Shown in pieces: positions 63,188 to 64,000 of a stretch of DNA of 64,000 nt. The DNA is from a virus (taxonomy: Duplodnaviria > Caudoviricetes): positions 870 to 64,869 of IMG/VR virus record IMGVR_UViG_3300044655_000343; one strand, given 5' to 3'. The translations under genes were made by a program, and so were the position numbers. The notes beneath the pieces are model-generated. The model ran no database searches, was not told the origin of the DNA, and saw nothing but the letters and a program-made list of their open reading frames with translations. Positions within the stretch are counted from its first letter, which is position 1; every line of letters starts with the position of its first letter.

Positions 63188-63999
63188 ACCGTTGTAATGA
63201 TTGCAAATCCATTGCCACCTTTACCACCATTTGCGCCAACGGCAAGTGAACCTGATCGTCCAGCACCACCGCCGCCGGATCCACGGATTCCTGCGCCACC
63301 TACGCCACCTTGTTGGTTCGTAGCATTTGTGCCACCACCACCACCTGCGCCGGAGCCGAAGCCATAAACACTTATTGTTCCTGCGCTACCTGCTCCACTT
63401 GGGGTTGCTCCACCTGCCGCTCCACCTGCTTGACCCGGAATACCGTTGGTACTTCCGTTGTTTAGGTAAGTCCAAGTATTCGCTAAACCACCTTGTGCGC
63501 CGTTTCCTGATCCTGTGGAACCACCTGCTCCACCACCTGAGCCTAAACCACCAACTCTACCGCCCTGAAGTACTGCACCACCGCCACCCCAAGCGTTGAC
63601 TGATGATGATCCAAGGATTTGAATATTTCTGTATTGACACCCGGTGGTTGCACTGGTTCCAATGCCACCTCCTAATGCAATAAACCTATCAAAAGTAGTT
63701 GCTGCTCCATATGTCGGTGCTGTAGCAGGAGAACCAATACCACCGTTTCCACCTGCTCCAATAGTTACGGATTCGGTGGCATCCAATGTGCTTGAAGCTA
63801 CGGAGATCACAAACGGTTCACCCGCTGCTCCACCAATTCCTCCGGCAGCAGTAGTTGAATACATACCTCCTGATCCTCCACCTGACATGACAATGGTTGT
63901 TGTTACTGCTCCCGCAGGTTTCGTCCAAGTACCGCTACTGTCAAAGGTCTGCACATTGACACTTTGTGTCAATCCACCAGTTAGTCCTATAATATCAGC
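63175..63999 (-). CDS. Glycine-rich fibre-like protein; start lies beyond the right edge
   Basis: QTFDSSGTWTKPAGA...GGGSGG and multiple GxGGGG repeats, ending GG.GG.G...I; the frame is open to the window end. Confidence 0.75.
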   Translation of the reverse strand, partial: ADIIGLTGGLTQSVNVQTFDSSGTWTKPAGAVTTTIVMSGGGSGGMYSTTAAGGIGGAAGEPFVISVASSTLDATESVTIGAGGNGGIGSPATAPTYGAATTFDRFIALGGGIGTSATTGCQYRNIQILGSSSVNAWGGGGAVLQGGRVGGLGSGGGAGGSTGSGNGAQGGLANTWTYLNNGSTNGIPGQAGGAAGGATPSGAGSAGTISVYGFGSGAGGGGGTNATNQQGGVGGAGIRGSGGGGAGRSGSLAVGANGGKGGNGFAIITTVCYT

Positions 64000-64000
64000 T

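Noticed and set aside
1195-63599. Plus-strand ORFs in the ORF track
   Set aside because: They are antisense shadows of well-supported minus-strand genes or RNAs and have no recognisable motifs.
1-64000. Prophage or integration module
   Set aside because: No integrase, repressor or host genes are seen; the content fits a lytic phage contig.

Overview
The window is most of the genome of a large T7-like (Autographiviridae-type) lytic podophage. All credible genes are on the minus strand, and the contig appears circularly permuted. A ~1.1 kb non-coding region (25280-26363) looks like the junction of the genome ends. Reading leftwards from it come small early genes, four tRNAs (Ile-UAU, Arg-UCU, Leu-UAA, Lys-UUU), a DUF932 protein and a single-subunit RNA polymerase. 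Next is a replication and nucleotide module (metallophosphoesterase, degenerate citrate-synthase-like protein, SSB, RusA, ThyX, deaminase, primase-helicase, PolA, dNMP kinase, exonuclease, dUTPase, NrdJ), followed by the portal gene running off the left edge. From the right edge come accessory fibre-like genes, scaffold, major capsid, tail tube A/B, tail fibre, a membrane/lysis cassette with no recognisable endolysin, the terminases, a sulfotransferase-like gene and four internal-virion genes. The last of these is a 3465-aa protein with zincin (HExxH), ADP-ribosyltransferase-like and possibly sigma/HTH-like modules. All calls come from motif recognition by eye; no searches were run.
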